A stretch of DNA of 64,000 nt from the NCBI GenBank assembly GCA_038883775.1, contig JAVZLM010000003.1, positions 32,001 to 96,000 of the forward strand, written 5' to 3'. The stretch comes from Candidatus Bathyarchaeia archaeon. GTDB taxonomy: Archaea > Thermoproteota > Bathyarchaeia > Bathyarchaeales > Bathycorpusculaceae. The notes beneath the pieces were generated by a model. The model was not told the DNA's origin. It saw only the letters and a list, made by a program, of their open reading frames with translations, and made no database searches. The translations under genes and the position numbers were made by a program. Positions 29,720 through 38,683 of this stretch are shown here, piece after piece. How positions within the stretch are numbered: position 1 is the first letter of the stretch; the number at the start of each line of letters is the position of its first letter.

Positions 29720-32113
29720 ATGCGTAAAAATGCGTTGAGCTTGCTGCTTAGTCTTTTAATCTTCTTTGACCTCATCGTCTTTGTTGCTGGCCTTTCGATA
29801 GTTAATCCTAAGACAAGTCCAGGGTTTTTCGTCAGCGAATCTGAACATGACATTAAAATAATTCTTGAGGCGCCCGCGAACATTTTGTTGGGATATTCTT
29901 CTCCATTAAAAGCTACTGCAGTTAACGTGGGTTCTTCTGCTGAGACTAATGTAACATTATGCCTATTTATCGATGGCGCTGTTGTTGCTTCAAAGAGTGC
30001 AGATTTGGCCGTTGGTTCTAACAGTTCTGTTTCTTACACTTGGGTTCCTGGCCTTACATTGGAACAAGTGGAGCTTCCCAGATGGATTAATGATGTAAGC
30101 TTCAGCTATAATATCACTGCTTATGCCTATCCTGTCGAAGGCGAAACCAACATTGCAGACAATGTAGAAACTAAGATAGTTAATGTGTGGAACCCTGTTT
30201 TATATGTGGAGTCTCCTCCGCCTAAGAATGTCGGTGAAACTTTTACCATATCCGTTAAAGTGGCTAATTTAACAGATAAGATGATTCCTCATCCTGATCC
30301 TGCTAGGGCAGCTATTGGAAGCAAGGCTAATCTCGGAAACTTGTACGGTTTAGACATTGAATTTTCTTGGGATCCAAATATCCTCGAGTACGTAAGTCAC
30401 ACACCAACTATACCCATAGAAACTTATCCTGGAGGAGTTTTACATGCGCCTCTCCTTGAGCCATGGATTAATAACACAGTGTATGCGAGTGATGGCTTTT
30501 ACAGAATTACCGTTTCTTCTCTGTCGCCAGCGCCAGTGTTTAATAATCCATATGGGTCTAACACCGTTTTCAATATGACTTTCAGAGTGAAAAGTAAAGG
30601 AGGCTGTCTTTTAAAGCTGAGGTTCAGTGATCTCTCGCGAAAATGGGAGCTTGGTCAAGATTTGTTGATATTCCATGCTCGTCTTGATGGAGCTTTTGAA
30701 ACGGTGGGGGCTCCCAAAGCTGTTTTCACATGTTGGCCACCAGACGCAGCTGTTGCAAATAAGACAGTGCATTTTGATGCATCTGGAAGTTATGATCCAG
30801 ACGGATCCATAAATCTTTACATTTGGGACTTTGGGGATGGATCAAAGCAGAACACGACGGATCCTGTGGTGAGTCACAATTACACTAAAGAGGGACTTTA
30901 TTCCATAACTCTTAGAGTGAGAGATAATGAAGGCTCATTGAGTGTGCCGGTGATTAAGCGTCTTTGGGTTGTGAAGAAACGAGACATAAAATTAGAAACT
31001 ATCGGAGTTTCATCTAAATTGTTGCTGCAGAATTTGACGTTGACTATTAGTGTTAAAATAAAGAATTATGGAGATTGGGCGGAGAGTTTTATGGTTTCAG
31101 TGTACTACAATAAAACGGCTGTTGACACTGATACGCTTTGGGAACCTATAAGTGTGCAAAGTGTAGTTAAGATGGCTGAGTTAAGTGAGTTGACATTAAA
31201 GTTTTATTGGAATACAAGTGGCGTAACTCCAGAGGCATACTATTACATTATGGCGAATGCGACGGAACTTCCACATGAGGAGAGGGTGAATGATAATGTA
31301 CTGCTTTCCTCTGAAGCAGTGTTCATCACTGCTGAGATACGTCATGACGTAGCGGTTGTAGACATAGACATTAAAGCATCCGTGGGAACCACAGAGTTTA
31401 ATCTTCCAGTGTTGCGAGGTGAAAACGTGACAGTGCATTTAACTGTAGCGAGCGTGGGCAATGTTCCTGAAACATGTGATGTTACGCTTCATGTAATTGC
31501 TCCTAATGGTACGCTTTTGTTGAGTAAGACTTGGGAAGCTCTGAACTTAGATCCTGGCGACACACTGCGGTTAACGTATATTTTCAGCTCAGCTGATTTA
31601 TTAGGAGGAAACTACACAGCCAGCGTTAGTGCCGTAATTCAGGAGGAAGATTATAATCCTGATGATAATAGCATGGATGAAATTTTCAGAATTATTACCC
31701 CTCCGACTCTAGTGTTTGAAGTTCCAAGCGAAATTCATGTGGGGGACACCATAACTTTCGATGCTTCTGCAAGTGAATTTCCAGATGGAGAAATAGCGGT
31801 GTTTGAGTGGACATTCTATCAAGGTGGTTTGCTTAAATGGATCAAACGTGGAGAAAGCGTGGATGTTACCTTTGACTCTATTGGTCCTTGGAAAGTTCGC
31901 TTAGAAGTATGGGATAACTATGGAATCACTTATCAGGCTGGTCGCCCTCAGACAAGAGCTTACCGTAAAGAAGTGATATTCGATGTTACAGGGAAGACGG
32001 GAGGATTTACTCCAGAGATGCTATATTTGATAATTGGAACCGTCGTGGTTGTAGTTGTTGGAGTATTTGCCTACTTGAGGTTGAGGAAGCCTAGGGAAAA
32101 GCCTGAAAGCTGA
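29720..32113 (+). CDS. Membrane-anchored scaffoldin-like protein: CARDB, cohesin, PKD, CARDB x2, PKD, TM
   Basis: NLYGLDIEFSWDPNILEY cohesin pattern, WDFGDG, C-terminal TM plus basic tail; start at ATG 29720 after GGTGA. Confidence 0.78.
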   Translation: MRKNALSLLLSLLIFFDLIVFVAGLSIVNPKTSPGFFVSESEHDIKIILEAPANILLGYSSPLKATAVNVGSSAETNVTLCLFIDGAVVASKSADLAVGSNSSVSYTWVPGLTLEQVELPRWINDVSFSYNITAYAYPVEGETNIADNVETKIVNVWNPVLYVESPPPKNVGETFTISVKVANLTDKMIPHPDPARAAIGSKANLGNLYGLDIEFSWDPNILEYVSHTPTIPIETYPGGVLHAPLLEPWINNTVYASDGFYRITVSSLSPAPVFNNPYGSNTVFNMTFRVKSKGGCLLKLRFSDLSRKWELGQDLLIFHARLDGAFETVGAPKAVFTCWPPDAAVANKTVHFDASGSYDPDGSINLYIWDFGDGSKQNTTDPVVSHNYTKEGLYSITLRVRDNEGSLSVPVIKRLWVVKKRDIKLETIGVSSKLLLQNLTLTISVKIKNYGDWAESFMVSVYYNKTAVDTDTLWEPISVQSVVKMAELSELTLKFYWNTSGVTPEAYYYIMANATELPHEERVNDNVLLSSEAVFITAEIRHDVAVVDIDIKASVGTTEFNLPVLRGENVTVHLTVASVGNVPETCDVTLHVIAPNGTLLLSKTWEALNLDPGDTLRLTYIFSSADLLGGNYTASVSAVIQEEDYNPDDNSMDEIFRIITPPTLVFEVPSEIHVGDTITFDASASEFPDGEIAVFEWTFYQGGLLKWIKRGESVDVTFDSIGPWKVRLEVWDNYGITYQAGRPQTRAYRKEVIFDVTGKTGGFTPEMLYLIIGTVVVVVVGVFAYLRLRKPREKPES

Positions 32114-32238
32114 AAGCGTCGATGCTTTACTCCCTTTTTTATGTTATGATGTTTCTGTTGAGGATATAGAGAATTTTTCCAGAAAGCTTTTAAAGTTGTT
32201 TTCGGTAATAGGTTTTGGGAGAAAAGGAGAAATTGATA

Positions 32239-35200
32239 ATGGATATTAAAGAGAAAAAAGCGTATAGTCTATTGTCTGTTCTACTGCTTCTCGTTAGCTT
32301 CTTTGCAGCGGCAACGCCTGTGCTTAAAGCTCAAGCTCCTGAAACCGCCGTGAGGGTGTTTGTGAATGCGCCCTATCAGAGTGAGATGACCCTCGGCGAT
32401 GGGGTTACTGATGTTAGAGGAACAATTATCAGCATTGCTGTGGTTGTTGAGGATGTTGAGAACCTTTATGGTTTTGACATTAGACTGAAATGGCCTATGG
32501 AATACCTTGAATATGTTGACCACACGTTCACCATACCGTGGAATACGAGTCAAACGCCAATCGATCCAAGCCCCTATGCTGGCATTCTGTATGCGCCTGT
32601 GTCCCCTGTGCCTGGTCATGGATTGCACTTGGATGTGGGAGAAATTTGGGCTGTTATGGCTTCGCAGGCTCCTGCGCCATCCTTTTACGGTGACGGAACG
32701 GTTTTCGTTTTGAGGCTTAGATTGATTAAGCAGCAATACGCCTACGAGGGAGACGTTGAACTCGTTTTAAACATCACTACACATGACTTAGCCGGCAAAG
32801 TGCCGCCAGGCCCGCTCATAATTCCACACACGGCATACAATGGACGAATAATCCTTAAGGGAAGGGCTTTTGCTTATCCGCCACTTCCACTTCTGAAAAT
32901 ATTGCCAGAAACCATAAAAGACGTTAAACTCTGCGAGAACTTTGACATTAGTGTTTGGCTTATGGGTGAGGGCGGCGTTGACCTGGACCCATTCTGGGAC
33001 ATAAGCGGCTTCGACTTCACAGTAAACTTCAACTCAACCCTCCTAGAAGCAGTCGACGTCAAAATAGACCCAGCCAACTGGTGGCTAGGCTTCTACCCAG
33101 GCGGAGTCTGGACTACGGCAAAAGAAATTGACAATGTTACTGGAAGGGTTAGGATAGCCTTTATGGGTATACCTGACCCATCGCGGACTCCGCCACATGA
33201 TGCGCCACACGGGAAGGGCATCCTTGCCACAATAACCTTCCATGTCATCTACGAGTCTGAGAAGTATCCTCCGCCTTCTGCGCCCATATGGCTTGAAAAC
33301 CCGCTTCCACTAGCCCTCATAGACCTCTACAGCGAAAACGGCCTAATAAACCTCGGCAGCCCCGTATCAACAGACTGGCATGAAATCATGCCGGCATACT
33401 GTAAGCGTTTCGGCCTAACTTTCTGGGAGGATGTTGACGGCGACGGGCGCCTCAGCCCCAACGACCAAATCCGCCTCCTAAACAAAGAAACTGGCAAGTG
33501 GCTCCCCTACCGGGTCCACGCCGTCCCAGTAACCATGCGCGTTGACATCCTACCCTTCGAATACACAGACGAATACCACGAAGGCACAACAGCCTTCACA
33601 AACGCTTGGCCTCACCCAGGAATAGGCTCTTGGACTCCTCCAACGCCAATAACAGAGTATCCGCCTCCAGAAGGCTTCCCACCAGTTAATATATCCCTAA
33701 CCTATCTAGCCCAAGAAGTCCACAGCGTTGAAGTATTATTCCCCAACGGAACAAGAAGACTCCTCAACTACGGAACAGAATGGGACTACTACCCAGGAAC
33801 AAACCTAGTGGAAATAAAAATGATCCTTGGAACGCCAGAAACAGAATATTTCGTTGAAGACGTCAACATGACAACAGGCTGGGAAGGCTACGTACCCAAA
33901 GCAAGAGTCCTCTTAGACCCGCCGCCAACAGGTTGGATCCACCGCATAAGAGTCCAATTCCCAGAGGAAATACCGCCAGAATATCTAGACCTCTGGGATG
34001 GCTTCCAAGGCGAATACATAGAGCTTTTGCCATGGAAGATAAGTGGTGGATACCTATGGATGAACATGTGGGGCGAGCCAGGCTGGGACTATAACTGGGC
34101 TTATCACTACGCTCCAAACGTAGGCGTAGTAGCAATAGCTCCATGGGACAAGTTCCCGCCAGGCACAGAAGTTTGGATAGACTATTTTGCCCAGTCAACC
34201 CAAATATGGGTTAACTACACAGCCCTAGAACTAGAACCAAGATGGATTAAATCCGCAATAGGCGCAGCCGACTTCCCATTCACTGCACCATTAACAAGTG
34301 AATGGACAGAAATAATGCCGAATTTCGACAAAGAACATGTTATAACTGGCTGGACTGACACAGATGTTAACGGTCGCCTCAGCATAGGCGACATAATCCA
34401 ACTCTACGACGTGGAAACTGGCGAAACCAAACCCGCCAACATAACACTACTGGCAACAGGCCTAACCGTAATCCAAAAGCCCGTCATCTGCACCTTCGAC
34501 CTTGAAGACCCATTCTACGGCATGGTAGCCATAGTAGACGTGGCTGGCTTCCCCCACCCAGAAAGACCCATGTGCCCATGGCATAACCAACCCTACGCAG
34601 TCCCCATCCCCCACAAAACAGAACCAGCCACATACACAGCGCCTTTCAAGCCGCCAGGAAGATGGATAGACCTATACCTCTGGGGTATTGAAGCCTGCAA
34701 CGGAACAAGATGGGAATATGCAGACTTCGCCAAAGGATTAGGCCCCAACGAACCAGCCGACGCAGTTCAACCACAAGCAAAAGTGGTCCTCCGCGCCTTT
34801 GTAACCTACAACTTCCAGCCAATAGCAGGAAAATCAGTGACATTCGAACTCATATCCCCAACAGGAGAATTCCACATAATCAGAAGCGCCATAACAGGAG
34901 GCTGGGACACACCACTATACGGCATAGCTGAAGTAATAGTAACAATACCATGGCCATACCCAGACCCAGAAGGAAGAGTCTTCGGAACATGGAACGTCAT
35001 AGCCACAGTAGACATAGTAAAAGTAGTAATCAACGACACCCTAACCTTCAGATTAGGCTACCTAATAGACACAGTCTTCGTAATACCAGGCAAACAAACA
35101 TACCATAAAGGCGAACACATGAACTTCACCCTAACATACACAAGCATATCACACCAAATCCGCACAGCCTACTTCACAATAGTAGTCTACGACGAACTAG

Positions 35201-35400
35201 GCGTACCAATAGCATGGCAAATCCTAGGACCCTTCAACGTCACCTACGGCACCCACACCATAGTATTCGAATGCATGGAAGTACCCCACTGGGCATTCAG
35301 ATACAGATGCACGGCCTACGTCAACGCCCTAACAAGCCTGCCAACCCTCGGCGGAGCACAATACTGCCCAGAAATCTACGCAGTATTCGCAATAGAATAA
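32239..35400 (+). CDS. Large secreted protein: 2 cohesin-like domains (second with ~410 aa insertion) plus C-terminal Ig-like GGxxYCPE region
   Basis: Signal peptide; NLYGFDIRLKW..EYLEY; DISGFDFTVNFNSTLLE; no TM or dockerin at the C-terminus. Confidence 0.75.
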   Translation: MDIKEKKAYSLLSVLLLLVSFFAAATPVLKAQAPETAVRVFVNAPYQSEMTLGDGVTDVRGTIISIAVVVEDVENLYGFDIRLKWPMEYLEYVDHTFTIPWNTSQTPIDPSPYAGILYAPVSPVPGHGLHLDVGEIWAVMASQAPAPSFYGDGTVFVLRLRLIKQQYAYEGDVELVLNITTHDLAGKVPPGPLIIPHTAYNGRIILKGRAFAYPPLPLLKILPETIKDVKLCENFDISVWLMGEGGVDLDPFWDISGFDFTVNFNSTLLEAVDVKIDPANWWLGFYPGGVWTTAKEIDNVTGRVRIAFMGIPDPSRTPPHDAPHGKGILATITFHVIYESEKYPPPSAPIWLENPLPLALIDLYSENGLINLGSPVSTDWHEIMPAYCKRFGLTFWEDVDGDGRLSPNDQIRLLNKETGKWLPYRVHAVPVTMRVDILPFEYTDEYHEGTTAFTNAWPHPGIGSWTPPTPITEYPPPEGFPPVNISLTYLAQEVHSVEVLFPNGTRRLLNYGTEWDYYPGTNLVEIKMILGTPETEYFVEDVNMTTGWEGYVPKARVLLDPPPTGWIHRIRVQFPEEIPPEYLDLWDGFQGEYIELLPWKISGGYLWMNMWGEPGWDYNWAYHYAPNVGVVAIAPWDKFPPGTEVWIDYFAQSTQIWVNYTALELEPRWIKSAIGAADFPFTAPLTSEWTEIMPNFDKEHVITGWTDTDVNGRLSIGDIIQLYDVETGETKPANITLLATGLTVIQKPVICTFDLEDPFYGMVAIVDVAGFPHPERPMCPWHNQPYAVPIPHKTEPATYTAPFKPPGRWIDLYLWGIEACNGTRWEYADFAKGLGPNEPADAVQPQAKVVLRAFVTYNFQPIAGKSVTFELISPTGEFHIIRSAITGGWDTPLYGIAEVIVTIPWPYPDPEGRVFGTWNVIATVDIVKVVINDTLTFRLGYLIDTVFVIPGKQTYHKGEHMNFTLTYTSISHQIRTAYFTIVVYDELGVPIAWQILGPFNVTYGTHTIVFECMEVPHWAFRYRCTAYVNALTSLPTLGGAQYCPEIYAVFAIE
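32948..34643 (+). repeat. Patchwork direct repeat, copy A (copy B at 39393-41403)
   Basis: Blocks 32948-33108/39393-39553 (161 bp, 3 mismatches), ~33253-33591/~39698-40036, ~33850-33893/~40301-40344 and 34242-34643/41002-41403. Confidence 0.95.
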
Positions 35401-35420
35401 AACAATAAAAACTCAACCCA

Positions 35421-35433
35421 CCCCCCTTTTTAT
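35421..35433 (+). terminator. CCCCCCTTTTTAT terminator-like site
   Basis: Follows the stop via CAATAAAA and an AC-rich spacer; same layout at 48872-48905. Confidence 0.65.
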
Positions 35434-35489
35434 CATATCCAAAAATAACGTTTAAAAGAACAAGAACTAAATATTAATTGGGTTGAATT

Positions 35490-36479
35490 ATGCCTGAATA
35501 TACCAAAAATATGCCTATCAAAATTATCACAGTTTCCTTATTATTGTCCTTTTTGACAATAACCTTAGGCTGCGCCCAACTCGAGCCACTAAAAATAACC
35601 ATCGCCACTGACAAATCTACTTATCAATATAGGGAAATTGTAAACATATATGGAAACGTGACGTATGAAGGCGCTCCCGTGGAAAGGGGGTTAGTAGCGA
35701 TCAGTATAAGATATCCAAATGGTACAATAATAAGCGTGAGAACCGTTCCTGCCAAAAGCATCCCCTCAACTACTTGGAATGTTGGAATAACATCTTTTAT
35801 ATCTTGTGATCAAAATGGAAATCCAAAAAAGGACTTTAGGCGAGACTCTTTTGCATATTTTTATATGATCGCAAAAAACAATATTCCTTTTAGCTATACT
35901 GTTTTGCTCACAATTTCAGTTTATGATGTTGATCAAACTCCAATAGGAATCCTATGGCAAGGACCGGTTTCCGTGCCAGGTAATTCCGAAATTGGTTGGC
36001 TTATTGGAGTTTTAATCCCCACATGGGCGTCCACAGGAACCGGAAGGGCATACGCCAATGTGTACACAGATTGGCCGGAAAAAGGTGGTTACCCATATTG
36101 TCCAGAGTGGAACACTACTTTTAACATTGAACGTCAAACATCAATCCCAAATATTCCAAGTACAAACAATACTTACCAAGTATCATTTCGATTGCCCCCC
36201 TATGTACCTAGAGGCACATACCTAATTAATGTAAGCGCCTGGTATTCTGGATGGAAAGCTTTCCAATACACTACTTTCACGGTCGATTATAGGCTATTGG
36301 GAGACGTTGCCGAACCTTGGGGAATTATTAACGTATATGATGTGGTGATGTTAACATCCATATACGGCTCAAAAAGTGGCGATCAAAACTGGAATCCTGA
36401 ACTAGACTTAAATTCAGATGGCAAAATAGACATTTATGATGTTGTGATAGTAACTTCACAATATGGAACAAGATATTAG
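35490..36479 (+). CDS. Secreted Ig-like/GGxxYCPE-domain protein with C-terminal dockerin
   Basis: Signal peptide; TDKSTY; GGYPYCPE; GDVAEPWGIINVYD...DLNSDGKIDIYD. Confidence 0.78.
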   Translation: MPEYTKNMPIKIITVSLLLSFLTITLGCAQLEPLKITIATDKSTYQYREIVNIYGNVTYEGAPVERGLVAISIRYPNGTIISVRTVPAKSIPSTTWNVGITSFISCDQNGNPKKDFRRDSFAYFYMIAKNNIPFSYTVLLTISVYDVDQTPIGILWQGPVSVPGNSEIGWLIGVLIPTWASTGTGRAYANVYTDWPEKGGYPYCPEWNTTFNIERQTSIPNIPSTNNTYQVSFRLPPYVPRGTYLINVSAWYSGWKAFQYTTFTVDYRLLGDVAEPWGIINVYDVVMLTSIYGSKSGDQNWNPELDLNSDGKIDIYDVVIVTSQYGTRY

Positions 36480-36491
36480 ACTTATGCCTTT

Positions 36492-36559
36492 GATGGAAAA
36501 TTGGCATTTATGATGTTGTCGTTGCTACTTCTAGATATGGCTATAAGTATGAGTCGTAG
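36492..36559 (+). pseudogene. Orphan frameshifted half-dockerin fragment
   Basis: GAT GG- AAA ATT GGC ATT TAT GAT GTT GTC GTT GCT ACT TCT AGA TAT GGC... reads DGKIGIYDVVVATSRYGYKYES* and parallels DGKIDIYDVVIVTSQYGTRY* at 36417-36479. Confidence 0.75.
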
Positions 36560-36642
36560 CCTTCCTTAGTGTTTGAATGGAATTTAATTCCAAAATCTTT
36601 ATACGGTATCGCGCTCGATATTGTTATGGGAGAGGGGGAAAT

Positions 36643-38562
36643 ATGCAAAAAAGGAAAATTTTACAATTTTTGTTTTTCTTTCTGATGCTGATTATATGTT
36701 TTGTTTTCGAGGAAGTTTCGATATACGCTAAAGAAAGCGTTTCTTTTTCAGCTGAGAGTGAAAAGCCACTAGTTTATGTGGATCCGCCGGAGGTTCGAAA
36801 CTTGGCTGTTGGTAAAACTTTTACGATTAGTGTTAAAATCGCTAATGTTACAAACCTTTACGGCGTTGACATTGAGTTTCACTGGAACCCGACAATTTTA
36901 GAATATATGGAACATACTGTTTTGATTCCAGTGGACGATTATCCCGGCGGCGTTTTATATAAGCCCATTATGCCGATTGCAAATACGGTGAATGCCACTG
37001 GTGGAACATATAAGGTTGCTTATGCTTCCATGCTTCCTGCACCATCATTTGACGGAAGTGGAACAGTTTTCACGATGAAGTTTAAAGTGAAGAGCATAGG
37101 ACGCTCTTTATTGGACATTTATACGAGTGATTTGTCTGGAAAAGTTCCTCCGGGACCACTTATCATATACCATGATGTTCAAGATGGATACTTTTCTAAT
37201 TATGTTCCTTCGAAAGCGAAAATTTACATAAATCCTCCAAAAATAATAGATTCAACCTTAACGCCCACATCCAATTTCACAGTAAACGTAAACCTTGAAA
37301 ACGTAGTTGAATTTGACACCTTCGAATTTTGGATAAACTATAACACGACAATTTTAGACGCCTTTAATGTCACGGTTAACCCAACATTTCCAGCGGCACA
37401 AACCAATTTACAAATTATGGAAGCAGAAGGCAAAATTCGAACCAAAGCTTGGCTTCAACCAGCATCCCCACCCTACACGGGCAATCTAATGCTTGCGTCA
37501 ATAATATTTAAAGTGGCAGATATTGGCGCGAGCACTCTCGACTTGTATAATATTACGTTAGTGGATGCATGGAAAGAAAATATTCCATATCAAGAACCTG
37601 GAGACGGCTTTTTCAGTAACATGTTATTAACAAAGCTTTTTATTGATCCTAGCGAAATCATTGACCCCACGATACGTCCACCCATGACTTTCAATATTTA
37701 TGTTAAAGCTGAAAATGTTATGGATATGTATGGTTACGAGTTCAAACTATCTTATGATACAAACGTTTTAACTGCTTTAGGCGTTAGGATTCTTCCGCCA
37801 ACAAATGATACGAGCTTCACTGTTACTACAAGTATTGACGACCCATCGGGCTACATATGGATTAAAGTTCAATATTATCCGCCAGCCGTGCCCATCACTA
37901 TAACTTCCGCAAAAGCATTAGTGGAGTTGTTGTTCCAAGTTCAATCGTTAGGAGTTACCGTTCTCGACTTGCATGATGAGAGGCTTACAGACGTAAATGG
38001 CAACCAAATCCGCGTAGACGAGGTTGGAGATGGCTTCTTTATGTCTATTATAAGAAATGTTGCTATTTTAAATGCTACAGCCACTCCGAACAAAGTTTAT
38101 CCTGGAAGGATGGTTACAATAACTGTTTTGGTGAAAAACTTGGGCATTGGAATGAGTGAAACATTCAATGTGACCGTTTACTATGACAACAACCCGATTG
38201 CAACACAGATCGTCGCAGACCTTGCTCCCCAACACGAAACGACATTGACGTTTTTGTGGGATACCACCGGCTTACAGCCATGCAACAATTATACAATAAG
38301 GGCTGAAGCAAGCCAGGTTCCATTCGAGGTTAATTTGGAGGACAATATTTACTTTGATGGTTGGGTGAAAATTAAAATATGGGGCGATGTGGATGGCGAC
38401 GGAGATGTTGACATTTATGATATCGCCCTGGCGTCAGCAGCCTATGGAAGCCGTCCCGGAGATCCAAACTGGAATCCAGAGGCGGATGTTGCACCGGAAT
38501 GGGGCTTCATCAATATTTATGATATGGTGACAATTTCGTCTTATTATGGACAGACGTGTTAG
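36643..38562 (+). CDS. Adaptor scaffoldin-like protein: 3 cohesins + CARDB + dockerin
   Basis: Three V/I-Y/F-V/I-D/N-P...F..NV...F..(W/Y)(N/D)..L...DG(Y/F)F units; GDVDGDGDVDIYD...ADVAPEWGFINIYD; start at ATG 36643. Confidence 0.82.
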   Translation: MQKRKILQFLFFFLMLIICFVFEEVSIYAKESVSFSAESEKPLVYVDPPEVRNLAVGKTFTISVKIANVTNLYGVDIEFHWNPTILEYMEHTVLIPVDDYPGGVLYKPIMPIANTVNATGGTYKVAYASMLPAPSFDGSGTVFTMKFKVKSIGRSLLDIYTSDLSGKVPPGPLIIYHDVQDGYFSNYVPSKAKIYINPPKIIDSTLTPTSNFTVNVNLENVVEFDTFEFWINYNTTILDAFNVTVNPTFPAAQTNLQIMEAEGKIRTKAWLQPASPPYTGNLMLASIIFKVADIGASTLDLYNITLVDAWKENIPYQEPGDGFFSNMLLTKLFIDPSEIIDPTIRPPMTFNIYVKAENVMDMYGYEFKLSYDTNVLTALGVRILPPTNDTSFTVTTSIDDPSGYIWIKVQYYPPAVPITITSAKALVELLFQVQSLGVTVLDLHDERLTDVNGNQIRVDEVGDGFFMSIIRNVAILNATATPNKVYPGRMVTITVLVKNLGIGMSETFNVTVYYDNNPIATQIVADLAPQHETTLTFLWDTTGLQPCNNYTIRAEASQVPFEVNLEDNIYFDGWVKIKIWGDVDGDGDVDIYDIALASAAYGSRPGDPNWNPEADVAPEWGFINIYDMVTISSYYGQTC

Positions 38563-38683
38563 CCTAATTTTTTCCATGTTCTCAATTTTAGACTTTTTAT
38601 TTTCTTCCTTTAGGCTTAACTTAGTTAAAGATAGAAAAATTCAAATATTCATCGCTAAAATACATAGAGTCTGCGGTGAAAGA

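Noticed and set aside
33301-34530. Intein as the explanation for the insertion in the cohesin
   Set aside because: No N-terminal Cys/Ser block, no His-Asn end and no LAGLIDADG motifs; it looks like extracellular beta modules
38546-38683. Long N-terminal extensions in the ORF track (also at 36577, 46433, 49807, 57626, 7904 and 25083)
   Set aside because: They overlap upstream genes, terminators or TATA boxes; downstream starts give proper signal peptides or RBS spacing
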